This document shows positions 34,424-46,139 of a stretch of 64,000 nt of DNA, piece after piece. The stretch covers positions 233,680,001-233,744,000 of the forward strand of contig NC_086097.1 in the NCBI RefSeq assembly GCF_963921235.1, given 5' to 3'. The stretch's first letter is position 1. Every line of letters starts with the position of its first letter. Source of the stretch: Mobula hypostoma (taxonomy: Eukaryota). Made by a program: the position numbers and the translations under genes. Below the pieces are notes generated by a model. The model worked only from the letters and a program-made list of their open reading frames with translations. It was not told the DNA's origin and did not search any database.

Positions 34424-37400
34424 TTACAGGTTAAGTCTATCAGGCGGTCGAGTCCGTCGCTGTGATCTACGTAGCACCGGCGATGGCGGTTGTGCTGGCT
34501 CCGGCCTGACTTCAGGTGCCAGCACGTTAGGCGTCGGTAATCCCTCGTGCGTGTGCGTCGCGCCCGGTATGGGAGTGTCGTGTGGTGTCTGTATAGGGTT
34601 TGGGGTGCACGGTGTCTCGTAGGTACATACATTGGTGGGTACGGGGTCAATAGTCACCACGGAGTGTTCAGGGTAGGAGCCCGGAGCTCCTACGGGCGCC
34701 AGGTCGCAGATCGAGACCGTGTCCTCCTGCCCATCAGGTAAGACCACGTAGGCATACTGGGGGTTCGCATGAAGTAAGTGAACCCTCTCGACTATCGGGG
34801 AGTATTTATTGCTCTTCGCATGTTTCCAGAGCAGCACTGGCCCCGGGGACGTCAGCCAAGATGGTAGGGTGGTCCCGGTGGTCGACATTCTGGGAAAAGA
34901 AAAGAGCCGCTCATGAGGGGTGGCATTGGTGGCTGTGCATAACAGGGAGCGGATGGAGTGGAGTGCCTCGGGAAGGACCTCCTGCCAGCGGGAGACCGGC
35001 AGTCCCTTTGACCTGAGGGCTAAGAGTGTGGCTTTCCACACCGTGCCATTCTCCTTCTCCATCTGTCCATTCCCCTGGGGATTATAGCTCGTGGTCCTAC
35101 TGGTTGCAATTCCCCTAGCCAGTAGATATTAGTGCAGCTCGTCACTCATAAACGAGGACCCTCTGTCACTGTGGATATAGCATGGGTATCTGAACAGAGT
35201 GAAGAGCTTGCGCAGGGCTTTTATAACTGACGTGGTAGTGGTGTCGGGGCAGGGGATGGCGAAGGGGAACTGCGAGTACTCGTCAACTACGTTAAGAAAG
35301 TACACATTGCGGTCGGTGGAGGGAAGGGGGCCCTTAAAGTCAACACTCAGTCGCTCAAAGGGGTGGGTGGCCTTGATGAGTGGTGCCTTTTCGGGTCGGT
35401 AGAAGTGCGGTTTGCACTCTGCGCAGACTTGGCAGTCCCTGGTCATCATCCTGATCTCCTCAAGGGAGTAAGGCAGGTTCCGGGCTTTCACGAAGTGGAA
35501 AGGCCGGGTGACTCCCGGGTGGCAAAGGTCTACATGTAGGGCGTATAGCCGGTCGATCTGCGCGCCGGCGCATGTTCCCCGGGATAGGGCATCGGAGGAC
35601 TCGTTGAGCTTCCTAGGCCTGTACATGATGTCATAGTTGTAGGTGGAGAGTTCGATTCTCCACCTCAGAATTTTACCATTTTTGATTTTGCTCCGCTGCT
35701 GATTATTAAACATGAATGCGACTGAGCGCTGGTCAGTTAGCAGGGTGAACCTTTTGCCGGCAAGATAGTGCCTCCAGTGCCTTATAGCTTCCACTATGGC
35801 CGGGGCCTCTTTCTCTACCGCAGAGTGCCGAATTTCAGGGCCTTGAAGGGTACGGGAGAAGAACGCCACTGGTCTTCCTGCCTGGTTGAGGGTAGCAGCC
35901 AGCGCAAAGTCAGAGGCGTCACTCTCTACTTGGAAGGGAATGGCCTCATCCACCGCATGCATTGCTGCTTTGGCAATGTCCCCTTTTATGCGGTTGAAGG
36001 CCGCGTGGGCCTCGGCAGAGAGGGGGAATGTGGTGGACTTGACCAGGGGGCGGGCCTTTTCTGCATAGTTAGAGATCCATTGGGCGTAATATGAAAAGAA
36101 GCCCAGGCACCTTTTGAGGGCTGTGAGGGTATTGGGAAGAGGGAGTTCCAACAAGGGGCGCATACGGTCGGGGTCAGGGCCAATGACTCCATTCTCCACG
36201 ACACACCCAAGGATAGCAAGTCGGGTGGTCCCAAATACACACTTGTCCTTGTCATAGGTGAGGTTGAAAGATTTGGCCGCTTGGAGAAATTTTTGGAGGT
36301 AGTTGTCGTGATCCTGCTGGTCGTGACCGCAGATGGTGATGTTATCCAGATATGGGAACATGGCCTTCAGTTGGCACTGGTCCACCATCCGTTCCATTTC
36401 CCTCTGGAAGACAGATACACCATTCGTGACACAAAAGGGGACGCGCAGGAATTGATAAAGCCTGCCGTCCGCCTCGAAGACAGTGTAAGGGCGGTCCTCC
36501 TGGCGGATGGGGAGCTGATGGTAAGCGGATTTTAGGTCTATGGTCGAGTACACCTTGTACTGTGCTATCTGATTGACCATATCCGCGATGTGGGGTAGAG
36601 GGTACACGTCGAGCTGCGTGAACCTATTGATGGTCTGGCTATAGTCCACGACCATCCTATTCTTCTCCCCGTTCCGAACAACCACCACCTGCGCCCTCGA
36701 AGGACTTGTGCTTGTCTCAATGACCCCCTCCCTGAGCAGCCGCTGCACCTCCGACTTAATGAAAGCTCTGTCCCCCGCGCTGTACCTCCTGCTTTTAGTT
36801 GCCACGGGTTTACAGTCGGGGGTCAGGTTGGCGAACAGCGGTTGGGGAGGGATCCTGAGGGTGGAGAGGCCGCAAGTGGTGTCGGTAGTGCGGCAGTTGG
36901 CGTGATGTTGGGTGGGATGCGCGGGTCGGTGTGTGTGTGTGGTCAGTAGCGGGGTACGTGACATATCTCTACAAAACAGGGGATTTATGACAGTAATTGG
37001 TGGGAGGAGCCCATCATACTTCATTGTCACGCTTTTCAGGTGGCTCTGGAAGTCCAACCCCAACAGCACAGGGGCACACAGTTGGGGCAAGACCAGTAAC
37101 GTAAAGTCCCGATATTCTGTGCCCTTCACCACTAGTGTCGCTACACAACCCCCCCGGATGTCTGTTGTATGCGACCTGGAGGCCATGGTGACCCTCCGAC
37201 TTACCAGCCGTATCATGAGTCCACAATGCTGCACCGTGTCCGGGTGGGTAAAACTCTCCGTGCTACCCGTGTCAAACAGGCAGCTTGTCCTGTGCCCCTC
37301 CACCAGGATGTCCATCATTGACCTTGCGAGCTGGTGGGGAGCGCTTTGCTCGAGGGTCATGGAAGCCAGGGTGGGGTCGCTATCTTGGTCCGGCGTGGTG

Positions 37401-37460
37401 GGGTGCCCCGTGAGCACCCGTTGGTCGTAGGCGGTGGGAGGTGGCGCCGACCAAGATGGC
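34424..37460 (-). pseudogene. Gypsy pol (protease, RT, RNase H, integrase) with one in-frame stop at 35129-35131
   Basis: LFDTGS; DYSQTIN..YPLP; DLKSAYHQ; YLDN; ESDASD..EKEA..TDQ; H..H..C..C; VDFKG, HSDRG, MEKENG. Confidence 0.93.
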
Positions 37461-38285
37461 CGCCCCCCATGTCTCGCACGTGGTGGTGGCGTGCAGGGAA
37501 GAAGGCGGCCCCCACGTATCGCATGTGGCGCTGCTCGATCCCGCTCGCAGTTTTGACTTACAGACCTTGGCAAAGTGGCCCTTCTTTCCGCAGCTGGAGC
37601 AGGTAGCTTGTCGGGCCGGGCAGCGTTTCCGGGGGTGTTTCTCAAGTCTGCAGAAGTAGCACTTCGCGGACTCATGACTGGCTGCAGCCGAGGTCGATTC
37701 GCCGGCAGGTTGCGGGGTCTGCGGCGCCCACGAGGCCATCGGGGGATCGCGTGCCTGGAGAGCCTCGGGGTTATGCAGAGCGGCCTCCAACGTATCAGCC
37801 AGCTCGATCGCCGAACTCAGGGTAAAATCAGCTTTTTCCAGCAGCCGCTGGCGCACATACACTGACCTGGTCCCCGTGACGAAGGCGTCTCTCACTAGGA
37901 GTTCTGCATGCTGCGCTGCCGTCAGCTCCTGGCAATTGCAGACCTGCACGAGTGTCTGTAGGGCCTGGACAAATTCAGCACTCGATTCCCCGGACCGTTG
38001 TTGCCGTGTTGCTAAGCGATGCCGAGCATAGACGCTGTTTATCGGCCGCAGGTATTGTCTTTTGAGTGCGTTCATCGCGCCGTCGTAGTTCGGCTGGTCT
38101 CTGATCAACGAATAAACCCGTGGACTGACCCTGGAGAGTAGAACTCTGCACTTCGCTACGGGGTCGGTCGCTTTAATCTCCTCTAGATACGCTTCGAAGC
38201 AGGCCAGCCAGAGTTCGAAAGTGTTTCCAGCGTCAGGCATTTGCGGATCGAGGTCTAATTTTTCTGGTCTCAAGGCCTGTTCCAT
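37380..38285 (-). CDS. Gypsy gag (capsid and two Zn-knuckle-like motifs)
   Basis: MEQALRPEKLDLDP.., RQQRSGES, RDAFVTG, CYFC..H..C, CSSCGKKGHFAKVC. Confidence 0.9.
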   Translation of the reverse strand: MEQALRPEKLDLDPQMPDAGNTFELWLACFEAYLEEIKATDPVAKCRVLLSRVSPRVYSLIRDQPNYDGAMNALKRQYLRPINSVYARHRLATRQQRSGESSAEFVQALQTLVQVCNCQELTAAQHAELLVRDAFVTGTRSVYVRQRLLEKADFTLSSAIELADTLEAALHNPEALQARDPPMASWAPQTPQPAGESTSAAASHESAKCYFCRLEKHPRKRCPARQATCSSCGKKGHFAKVCKSKLRAGSSSATCDTWGPPSSLHATTTCETWGAAILVGATSHRLRPTGAHGAPHHAGPR

Positions 38286-38311
38286 GTTTTAAAACGTATA
38301 GCGAATAAAAT

Positions 38312-38540
38312 TGAAACACCTTCAATTACTCCAAAAGACTGAGGTTTGGTAAAATACTGAAAGGCTTTTATTCGCTGTACAATACGACCTCCACAGTGAG
38401 TGTCTGCCCCCAGACTGAGGGGGAGGGGCAAGGCGAACACCTTTATACAGGACTCTGTGGGAGGAGCCACAGGGTCAGTCAGCAGAGGGGTGTGTCCAGA
38501 CAGGTAACCGAGTTACAACATATATACATGGTTTACCACA
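38312..38540 (-). repeat. 5' LTR with TATA box (TATAAAG) and AATAAA
   Basis: Minus strand TGTGG..CTGTATAAAGG..GCGAATAAAAG..TTTCA; the gag ATG is 27 nt downstream. Confidence 0.95.
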
Positions 38541-40009
38541 GACCCTTTGTTCAAAAAAGGTAGTAGGGATAGTCTGGGTAATTATAGACCAGTGAGCCTT
38601 ATGTCTGTGGTGGGAAATCTGTTGGAAAAGATGCTTAGAGATAGGATCTATGGGCATTTAGAGAATCATGGTCTGATCAGGGACAGTCAGCATGGCTTTG
38701 TGAAGGGCAGATCGTGTCTAACAAGCCTGATAGAGTTCTTTGAGGAGGTGACCAGGCATATAGATGAGGGTAGTGCAGTGGATGTAATCTATATGGATTT
38801 TAGTAAGGCATTTGACAAGGTTCCACACTGTAGGCTTGCTCAGAAAGTCAGAAGGCAAGGGATCCAGGGACATTTGGCCATGTGTATTCAGAATTGGCTC
38901 GTCTGCAGAAGGCAGAGGGTTGTGGTGGAGGGAGTACATTTGGATTGGAGGATTGTGACTAGTGGTGTCCCACAAGGTTCGGTTCTGGGTCCTCTACTTC
39001 TCGTGATTTTTATTAACGAGCTGGATGTGGAGGTAGAAGGGTGGGTTGGCAAGTTTGCAGACAACACAAAGTGGGTGGTGTTATAGATAGCGTAGAGGAT
39101 TGTCGAAGATAGCAGAGAGAGATTGATAGGATGCAGAAGTGGGCTGAGAAGTGGCAGATGGAGTTCAACTCGGAGAAGTGTGAGGTGGTACACTTTGGAA
39201 AGACAAACTCCAAGGCAGAGTACAAAGTAAATGGCAGGACACCTGGTAGTGTTGAGGAGCAGAGGGATCTGAGGGTACATGTCCACAGATCCCTGAAAGT
39301 TACCTCACAGGTAGATAGGGTAGTTAAGAAAGCTTATGGGGTATTAGCTTTCATAAGTCGAGGGATAGAGTTTAAGAGTTGCGAGGTAATAATGCAGCTC
39401 TATAAAACTCTGGTTAGACCACAATTGGAGTATTGTGTCCAGTTCTGGTCGCCTCACTATAGGAAGGATGTGGAAGCATTGGAAAGGGTACAGAGGAGAT
39501 TTACCAGAATGCTGCCTGGTTTAGAGAGTATGGATTATGATCAGAGATTAAGGGAGCTAGGACTTTACTCTTTGGAGAGAAGGAGGATGAGAGGAGACAT
39601 GATAGAGGTATACAAGATATTAAGAGGAATAGATAGAGTGGACAGCCAACGCCTCTTCACCAGGGCACCACTGCTCAATACAAGAGGACATGGGTTTAAG
39701 GTAAGGGGTGGGAAGTTCAAGGGGGATATTGGAGGAAGGCTTTTTACTCAGAGAGTGGTTGGTGCATGGAATATGCTGCCTGAGTCAGTGATGGAGGCAG
39801 ATACACTAGTGAAATTTAAGAGACTACTAGCCAGGTATATGGAGGAATTTAAGGTGGGGGTTATATGGGAGGCAGGGTTTGAAGGTCAGCACAACAATGT
39901 GGGCCGAAGGTCCTGTACTGTGCTGTACTATTCTATGTTCTATGTTCTAACAAAGGAGTTGAATTTGCAGCAATGTTTTTGGTAATTGTTTAACTTATTT
40001 TTTTAAAAT

Positions 40010-40262
40010 TTTATTTGAAGAACAGCATGAAATAGGGGCTTCCCTCCTCTGATTTAATCTTAGCCTAATCACAGGACAACTTATAATGGCCAATTAGCCC
40101 ACCAACTGGTACTTCTTTGGATTATGGTAGGAAACCAGAGCTCTCAGAGGAAACCCACATGATTACAGGGAGAATATACAAACTGTTTACAAGTTGTGGC
40201 AGGAATTGAATTTGGGTCACCTGTATTGTAAAGTGTTAAGCTAACCACTACGCTACTGTGTC
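40010..40262 (-). mobile_element. V-SINE
   Basis: CCTAATCACAGGACAA..TCTTTGGA..GGAAACCAGAG..GAGGAAACCCAC..CTAACCACTACGCT. Confidence 0.75.
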
Positions 40263-41143
40263 ACCTACACCTGAGTGTGTTAGATTTTATTTTTATTATT
40301 TTTATTCCCACAAGTCTTGGACAATCTCAACCAGTGATATTAACTCTCCAAATGTAGACAAGGGAAATGTGCTATATTGATGCATTTCAGTAAGGAGTAC
40401 AACAGTGGGCCGGCCCTATTCAGAAAAAAATAAGGGCATTCTATCCTCTTGTATTTGTTTGCATTCATAAACAAAGTATTCTTTACGATAGAGAATGTAA
40501 ATGAGTAACTAATTCATCTGAAAAATGTAGCATATCTTCATAATTGGATCATAAGACCATAAGACAATAAGATAGAGGACGTTCTGGCAAGATGGCAGCG
40601 TGCTCAGATGCAGTGGCCTCTCTGGTCCGAGCGGAGGTGTTGTGTCTATTTTAAAAACTGCTGGATATTGAGAACTTCAAGTACTGTAGGTCTCCCCCAT
40701 CAGCGGAGGAGCTGGAGGAACTGGACTTGATGCAGATCGCGTCGCTGTCTGTTACAGAAAGTCAGTGTGTGAAGCGGTGTGCAGTCTAACAGTGAGTGGC
40801 CGTCCTGGGCATTTTTCTTGTGATCATGAGTCCCTGTTTGACATTGGTAATGCAGAATACTGGTTCATTGGTTTACTGGGGAAGCTGCATGCCTCATTTT
40901 TGGTGTGGACCAGGTCTTGTGCCGCAGGGGTGCCTGTTGTAGCATCCTAGAAGAGGAGAAGCCAAAGGCAATGTGGCAGTGCATCTATGTTGGGTTTGGG
41001 GTGGCCTCTCCTGTTTTGCTCAGTGGAAGACAAGCTGGATTGCATTTGTCTGCAGACTGCTGCGGGCTTGTTCTTGTTCACCACCAATCAACAGGACGTG
41101 ACACTCATAGACTTGGGCTATATTATATTTTTTGAGTGGCTTT

Positions 41144-42076
41144 TGTTACATGTCAACGTTGCTTGGATTAACCGTAAGCGTCATTAAGGTGTGCCTGGAT
41201 GGGACATGGGATAACGTCATTGAGGTACTCCTGGACGAGGCATGGGGACTGGTGCCATATAACAAATGAGTGTAGGCTTTTTCTATTGAGTTCGGGAGGT
41301 TTCTGAAGATTTCTGCAGCTAAGCGATGCAACGGACTGTGAGTTACCAGCAAGAGAGTGAGCTGAGTTGAGTTAGTTGAAGAGTTCACTACAGCAGTGGG
41401 CGTTCCCAATATTTCTCCGTGTCCAGAAGGTTGTGATAATTTGTGGCCCACATTGCATATTGGATACGTGACTGTCACTTTGTATGATCCATACTCGGAT
41501 TTCTGGAGTATTCAGTGGCGACCACTTTTTGTTAATCCAAACATGGATTCGGGTGTGTTACGTGGCGACCACTTGTGTTGAGGAATATTCCGTTATCGTC
41601 ACCTTGTGATATCCCTATGTGGATTTTGGAACTTGGGCGTCACTTTGTTATCCCCACGTGGACTCTAGTACTTAAGTGACGACCACTCGACTTCTGAAAT
41701 CTTCCGTGACTGTCACCTTGTTCTCCCTGCGCGGATCCAGTGTGTTAGGTGACAATCACTTGTCCTCTGGAATTTTCCGCGATCGTCACCTTGTGTCATC
41801 TTAATGTGGATTGATGAACCCTACCTCACAGACAGCTGTACCTGTCCCTGTGGATTCCGGAACCTTCTGGAGTGCCATTCTAGAACTCTGTTTGAGTAAG
41901 ACTTGGGAGGAACTGTTTCCAGACCTCCACAGTTTGTGAGCTAAGTTGCATTGCACTGTTAATTTTTGGTTAGGGGAGCAATTGTTTTAATTGTCTGTAT
42001 TTTGGGTAGGTATTGAAAATATATTTGTTTAACATTAAAATCTGTGTCAGTGGTCTATGGCTGCTGGTACGTAACA
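41144..42076 (+). mobile_element. Probable solo LTR with an internal degenerate tandem array, inside an unclassified repeat (~40575-42525)
   Basis: Perfect 6-bp terminal inverted repeat TGTTAC/GTAACA, CATATAA ~41256, ATTAAA ~42034; the TSD is not clean (CTTT vs TTAT). Confidence 0.6.
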
Positions 42077-42138
42077 TTATGTTTACTGCTGTCTTATATG
42101 TGTGATATGTGCCTTGTGTTGTGTATGACTGTTGGTAA

Positions 42139-42428
42139 TGTGGGCACATGGCCAAGTGGTTAAGGCATTGGACTAGCGACCTGAAGGTCGTGAGTTCGAG
42201 CCCCAGCCGAGGCAATTTGTTGTGTCCTTGAGCAAGACACTTAATCACACATTGCTCTGCGACGACATTGGTGCCAAGCTGTATGGGTCCTAATGCCCTT
42301 CCCTTGGACAACATTGGTGTCGTGGAGAGGGGATTGGTCTTCCATACAACCATGCCCAGGTCTGTGCCTTGGAGAGTGAAGACTTTCCAGGCGCAGATCC
42401 ATGGTCTCGCAAGACTAACGGGTGCCTC
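42139..42428 (+). mobile_element. tRNA-derived CORE-type SINE
   Basis: A box TGGCCAAGTGG, B box GTTCGAGCC, CORE-like TGTGTCCTTGAGCAAGACACTTAA. Confidence 0.8.
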
Positions 42429-42529
42429 TGTTAATGTCTCTTACACCTTGGCCTTGGAGGAACACTGTTTTGTTTGGCTGTATTGATGGGTACTCATTTG
42501 TGATTTGAATGACATTTAAACTTGAACAT

Positions 42530-42822
42530 GAGCAGAATTAGGCCATTCAACTCATTGAGTCTTTTCTGCCGTTCCATCATGTCTGATTTATTATCCCGCT
42601 CAACCCCATTCTTCTGCATCTTCCTGTAACCTTTGATAAGTTTACTAATCAAGAACCTATCAACCTCCGCTTTAGTTATACCCAATGGCTTGTCCTCCAC
42701 AGCTGACAGTGCAATGAATTCCACAGATTCACCACCCTCTGGCTAAAGAAATTCCTCCTCATCTCTGTTCTAAAGGGATGCCTCTCTATACTGAGACTCT
42801 GCCCTCTGGTCCTACACTCCCT
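42530..42822 (-). mobile_element. CR1 3' fragment
   Basis: GAATTCCACAGATTCACCACCCTCTGGCTAAAGAAATTCCTCCTCATCTC. Confidence 0.85.
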
Positions 42823-43179
42823 CGGATGAGATTAAGAAACTTGAAAGCCAATGTCAAGAAATATCTACTCACACTGAAGTTAATGAAAATGTGAAACTCT
42901 CTCCCCAAAGAGACTGAGACTGTCAAATTTCAAAATGGAATTAGATTTTTTTTATTAGACACAAATATTAAGGGTGATGGCAGAAGCATAAAACAAGATA
43001 GAAATCAGTTAAGATCAAAATGAACAGCCTCAAGGAGCTGATTGCTTATTTTTCTCCTTTTGGTAATATGTTTCTTAAGGTAGCAACATTGTCAGGCCAT
43101 GCTAATTTTTTCTGTGAGTATATTTTCATTGCATGCAGATATGCCCAATGATTTTCACTTCAATAGAGTATCTTTTTAT

Positions 43180-44025
43180 TTGTTTATTGAGATACAGCTT
43201 GGAATAGGCCCTTCCAGCACTTTGGACCACACCACCTAACAACCTCTGGATTTACTACTAGCTTAATTTAATCGTAATCAAGCATGATTCCAGGAATGAA
43301 AGGGTTACCATATAAGGAACGTCTGGCACCTCTTGGGCTGTATTCCCTGGAGCTCAGGAGAATGAGGGGGGATCTCATAGAAACATTCTAAATCTTAAGA
43401 GGCCTGAACAGATTAGATATGCCAAAGTTACCTCCCGTGGTAAGGGAGTCTAGGATAAGAACTCACGACTTCAAGATTGAAGGATGCCATTTAGAACAGA
43501 GATGCAGAGAAATTACTTTAGTCGGAGAGTGGTAAATCTGTGGAATTTGTTGCAACGAGTGACTGTGGAGGCCAGTCACTGGGTGCATTTAAGGCAGAGA
43601 CAGATAGGTTCTCGATTAGTCAGGGAATCATAGGGTATGGGACGATGGGAAGAATTGGATCAGCCTATGACCGAATGATAGAGCAGACTCGATGGCTACT
43701 TCTGCTCTTACATCTAATGGTTTATGGTCTAATCATGGGACAATTTGCAATGAACAATTAACCTACCATCTGGTACATCTTTGGACTGTGGGAAGAAACT
43801 GGAGCACCCAGAGGAAACCCATGCTTTATAGGGAGAACATACAAACTCCTAACAGGCAGTGGTGGGTGCTCCGGTCTCCTTCTACGGTCCCAAAGAGGTA
43901 CCGACCGGTCATTGTGAATTGTCCTGTGATTAGGCTGGCCTTACATTGGGGTATTGCTGGGTGGTGTGGCTTGAAATGCTCGAAGGGCTTATTCTGCGCT
44001 GTATCTCAATAAAATAATAAATAAC
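43180..44025. mobile_element. V-SINE (minus) split by a CR1 3' fragment (plus, ~43283-43728), followed by a plus-strand V-SINE half
   Basis: V-domain pieces on both strands; CR1 ATGATTCCAGGAATGAAAGGG..TGGAATTTGTTGC. Confidence 0.7.
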
Positions 44026-44132
44026 ATTTTCTACAGCTCATGTTCTCAGTATTATTTATTTACTATTTTTCAAAAAAATTGCACTATTTATCCCCTTCTT
44101 CACATTGGAAATTTGTGAGCCTTTGTAATGTG

Positions 44133-44485
44133 TCATCATCATCATCATTATGTGCCCTATCATATGACGAGGGTGATCATAGACTTGACCATGATTGTTC
44201 TTGGCAAATTTTTCTGCAGAAGTGCTTTGCTATTGGCTTCTTCTGGCAGTGTCTTTATAGGATGGGTGACCCCAGCCATTATCAACACCCTTTAGAAACT
44301 GTCTGCCTGGCCTCAGTGGTTGCATAAACAGGATTTGCTTATGGCTTCAAGTGACCCTGATCGTTGGGGGTGTGGGGGAGGTGCTAATAAGGTGCTACAT
44401 TCTGCCCAAGGGTGACTTGCAGGCTAGCAGAGGGAAGGAACGCCTGAGACCTCCTTTGGTAGAGACGTATCTGCACCCCACCACA
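44133..44485 (-). mobile_element. Non-autonomous element with an RTE-like 3' end and (ATG)n tail
   Basis: (CAT)n, TTCTTGGCAAATTTT..AAGTGCTTTGCTATTGGCTTCT on the plus strand (reverse of a GGCAAACCACT-type tail). Confidence 0.55.
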
Positions 44486-45197
44486 AGATTTGTTTTATAT
44501 ATATAGCGTTTCATAAATTCTATTGTACTTCTTCATTTTCCTGTAAATAGCTGAAAGAAAATGAATCTCAAGGTAGTGTATAGTGACATATATGTACTTT
44601 GATAATAATTTTACTTAGAACTTTGAATATGAAGAAAATAGAAGTACCATGTGCAGGCAGATGGAATTAGTTTCATTTGGCATCGTGGTTGACATTGTAG
44701 GTGGAAGAACCTATTCCAGTGCTATGTTGTTCTATGTTCTGTATAGGTCAAAGAAAGAAGTAAAGAGATTCAAAACACATTTATTATCAAAATATGCAAA
44801 GAGTATATAACCCCGAAATTTTCTTCCCACAGATAGCCACGAAACAAAGAAAACCATGGAACTCATTCAAAGAAAAGCATCAAACCCCTAACGCACAAAG
44901 AACAGATTGTGCAAATGGCACAGAAGAAAACAGACGTGAAACACGGAATATATAACAACAGTCAACAAGTCATTGAAATAGTCCAGAAGTATTCCGTTCA
45001 GCTCAGTTCAGTTCAGTCCAGTGCCACATCATTTGTTGACTGCAGGTCACATAGCCCGTTTGCCACAGTCAAAACCACACAAAATAGCAACAAAAAAAGA
45101 AGCAAGAGGAAAGCAGAAACACATCAGAATGTGAACCACAGAGCCTAAGAAGTAAATGAAGAAACACATAAATAACTGCTTGGATACAAATGGCATT

Positions 45198-45570
45198 AGA
45201 ATGTTGAAAGGGTTGGACAGAGTAGATGTGGAAAGGCTGTTTCCTTTGGTGGATGAGTCCAGGACAAGAGGCCACAGTCTTAGAATTAGAGGGTACCCAT
45301 TTAAAACAGAGATGAGGAGAAATTTTTTTAGCCAGAGGGTCATGGATTTATAGAATTCGTTGCCACATACAGCTGTGGAGGCTCGATCATTGAGGGTGTT
45401 TAAGGAGGAGATTGACAGCTATCTAATTAGTCAGGGTATCAAGGGATATGCGGAAAAAGCCGGAAATTGGACCTAGATGGGAGAATAGTTCAGCTCATGG
45501 TGGCATGGCTGAGCAGACTCGATGGGCCAAATGGCCTACTTCTGCTCCTTTGTCTTGTGATCTTGTGATT
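45198..45570 (+). mobile_element. Short CR1 3' copy
   Basis: RMLKGLDRVDVERLFPLVDESRTRGHSLRI; (TCTTGTGA)n tail; near-identical to 25720-26075. Confidence 0.9.
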
Positions 45571-46139
45571 AGAAATAGTGAGTTTTCAGAAAGAGAAGTC
45601 ACAATTTTAGTAGTGCTGCACGGCTAAATCTTGATCCCAAGTTAACACTGGGTAAATTAACAAACAATGAGAATAAAAGTCTTAGTAACCTTGAGAATGG
45701 GGCGTGTTTTACATGAACAATTATGGAATCAAAAACGCAAACGCAAGGAAATTATGGAATCATTAGTTTTCATATAACAGCAGGCTACGAATGGGAGACG
45801 AACAATAAAATTAATGTTCCGTATTTCAGAGGACAGGTTTATATCGCTTTAAAGAGATCCTGGAGAAGATTTGCTGCAAAATTATATAAGCATAGAAATA
45901 ACAAGGAATGAAAATGAATTCTTTCCTGTACAAACAGGGCCTCCAACAAGTGCAAATTATTTTAAATACCCCATGAAATGGCAGAGAATAATAATGATTA
46001 GAAGGTTGGTTACAATGTTGAGTTGCATGGACTGCCTCATTTTGCTCAGCACAGTTCTTAGTAAAATTCTTATAAAATTCAATGACCTATTCAATCCGCT
46101 TCTGTGTCTCTTCCTCTTCACTTAGTCCATCACTGAACA

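Larger units (their letters stand above)
34126..38540 (-). mobile_element. Near-intact Ty3/Gypsy LTR retrotransposon (4415 bp)
   Basis: 229-bp LTRs at 34126-34354 and 38312-38540 with TG..CA ends; 5-bp TSD GTCCC/GACCC; PPT AAAAAAAGGAGGGGTGAA; gag and PR-RT-RH-IN. Confidence 0.97.
33870..39947 (+). mobile_element. CR1 ORF2 RT region interrupted by the Gypsy provirus (33870-34125 and 38541-39947)
   Basis: [53 protein letters not shown]; 284-aa C-terminal ORF; (TTCTATG)n tail. Confidence 0.95.

Noticed and set aside
37380..37675. Programmed gag-pol frameshift
   Set aside because: A single extra G in a homopolymer explains the offset and restores a local peptide repeat; mutation or assembly error is simpler.
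41465..41850. CRISPR-like array
   Set aside because: Repeats are degenerate, the intervening sequences resemble each other, there are no cas genes and the context is eukaryotic.
42139..42215. tRNA gene (also 23524-23595 and 53010-53080)
   Set aside because: A and B boxes run directly into SINE CORE or V domains and tails, with no clean cloverleaf or terminator.
44370..44485. HDV-like ribozyme at the 5' end of the RTE-like element
   Set aside because: I could not assemble the nested double pseudoknot or the J4/2 catalytic C by eye.
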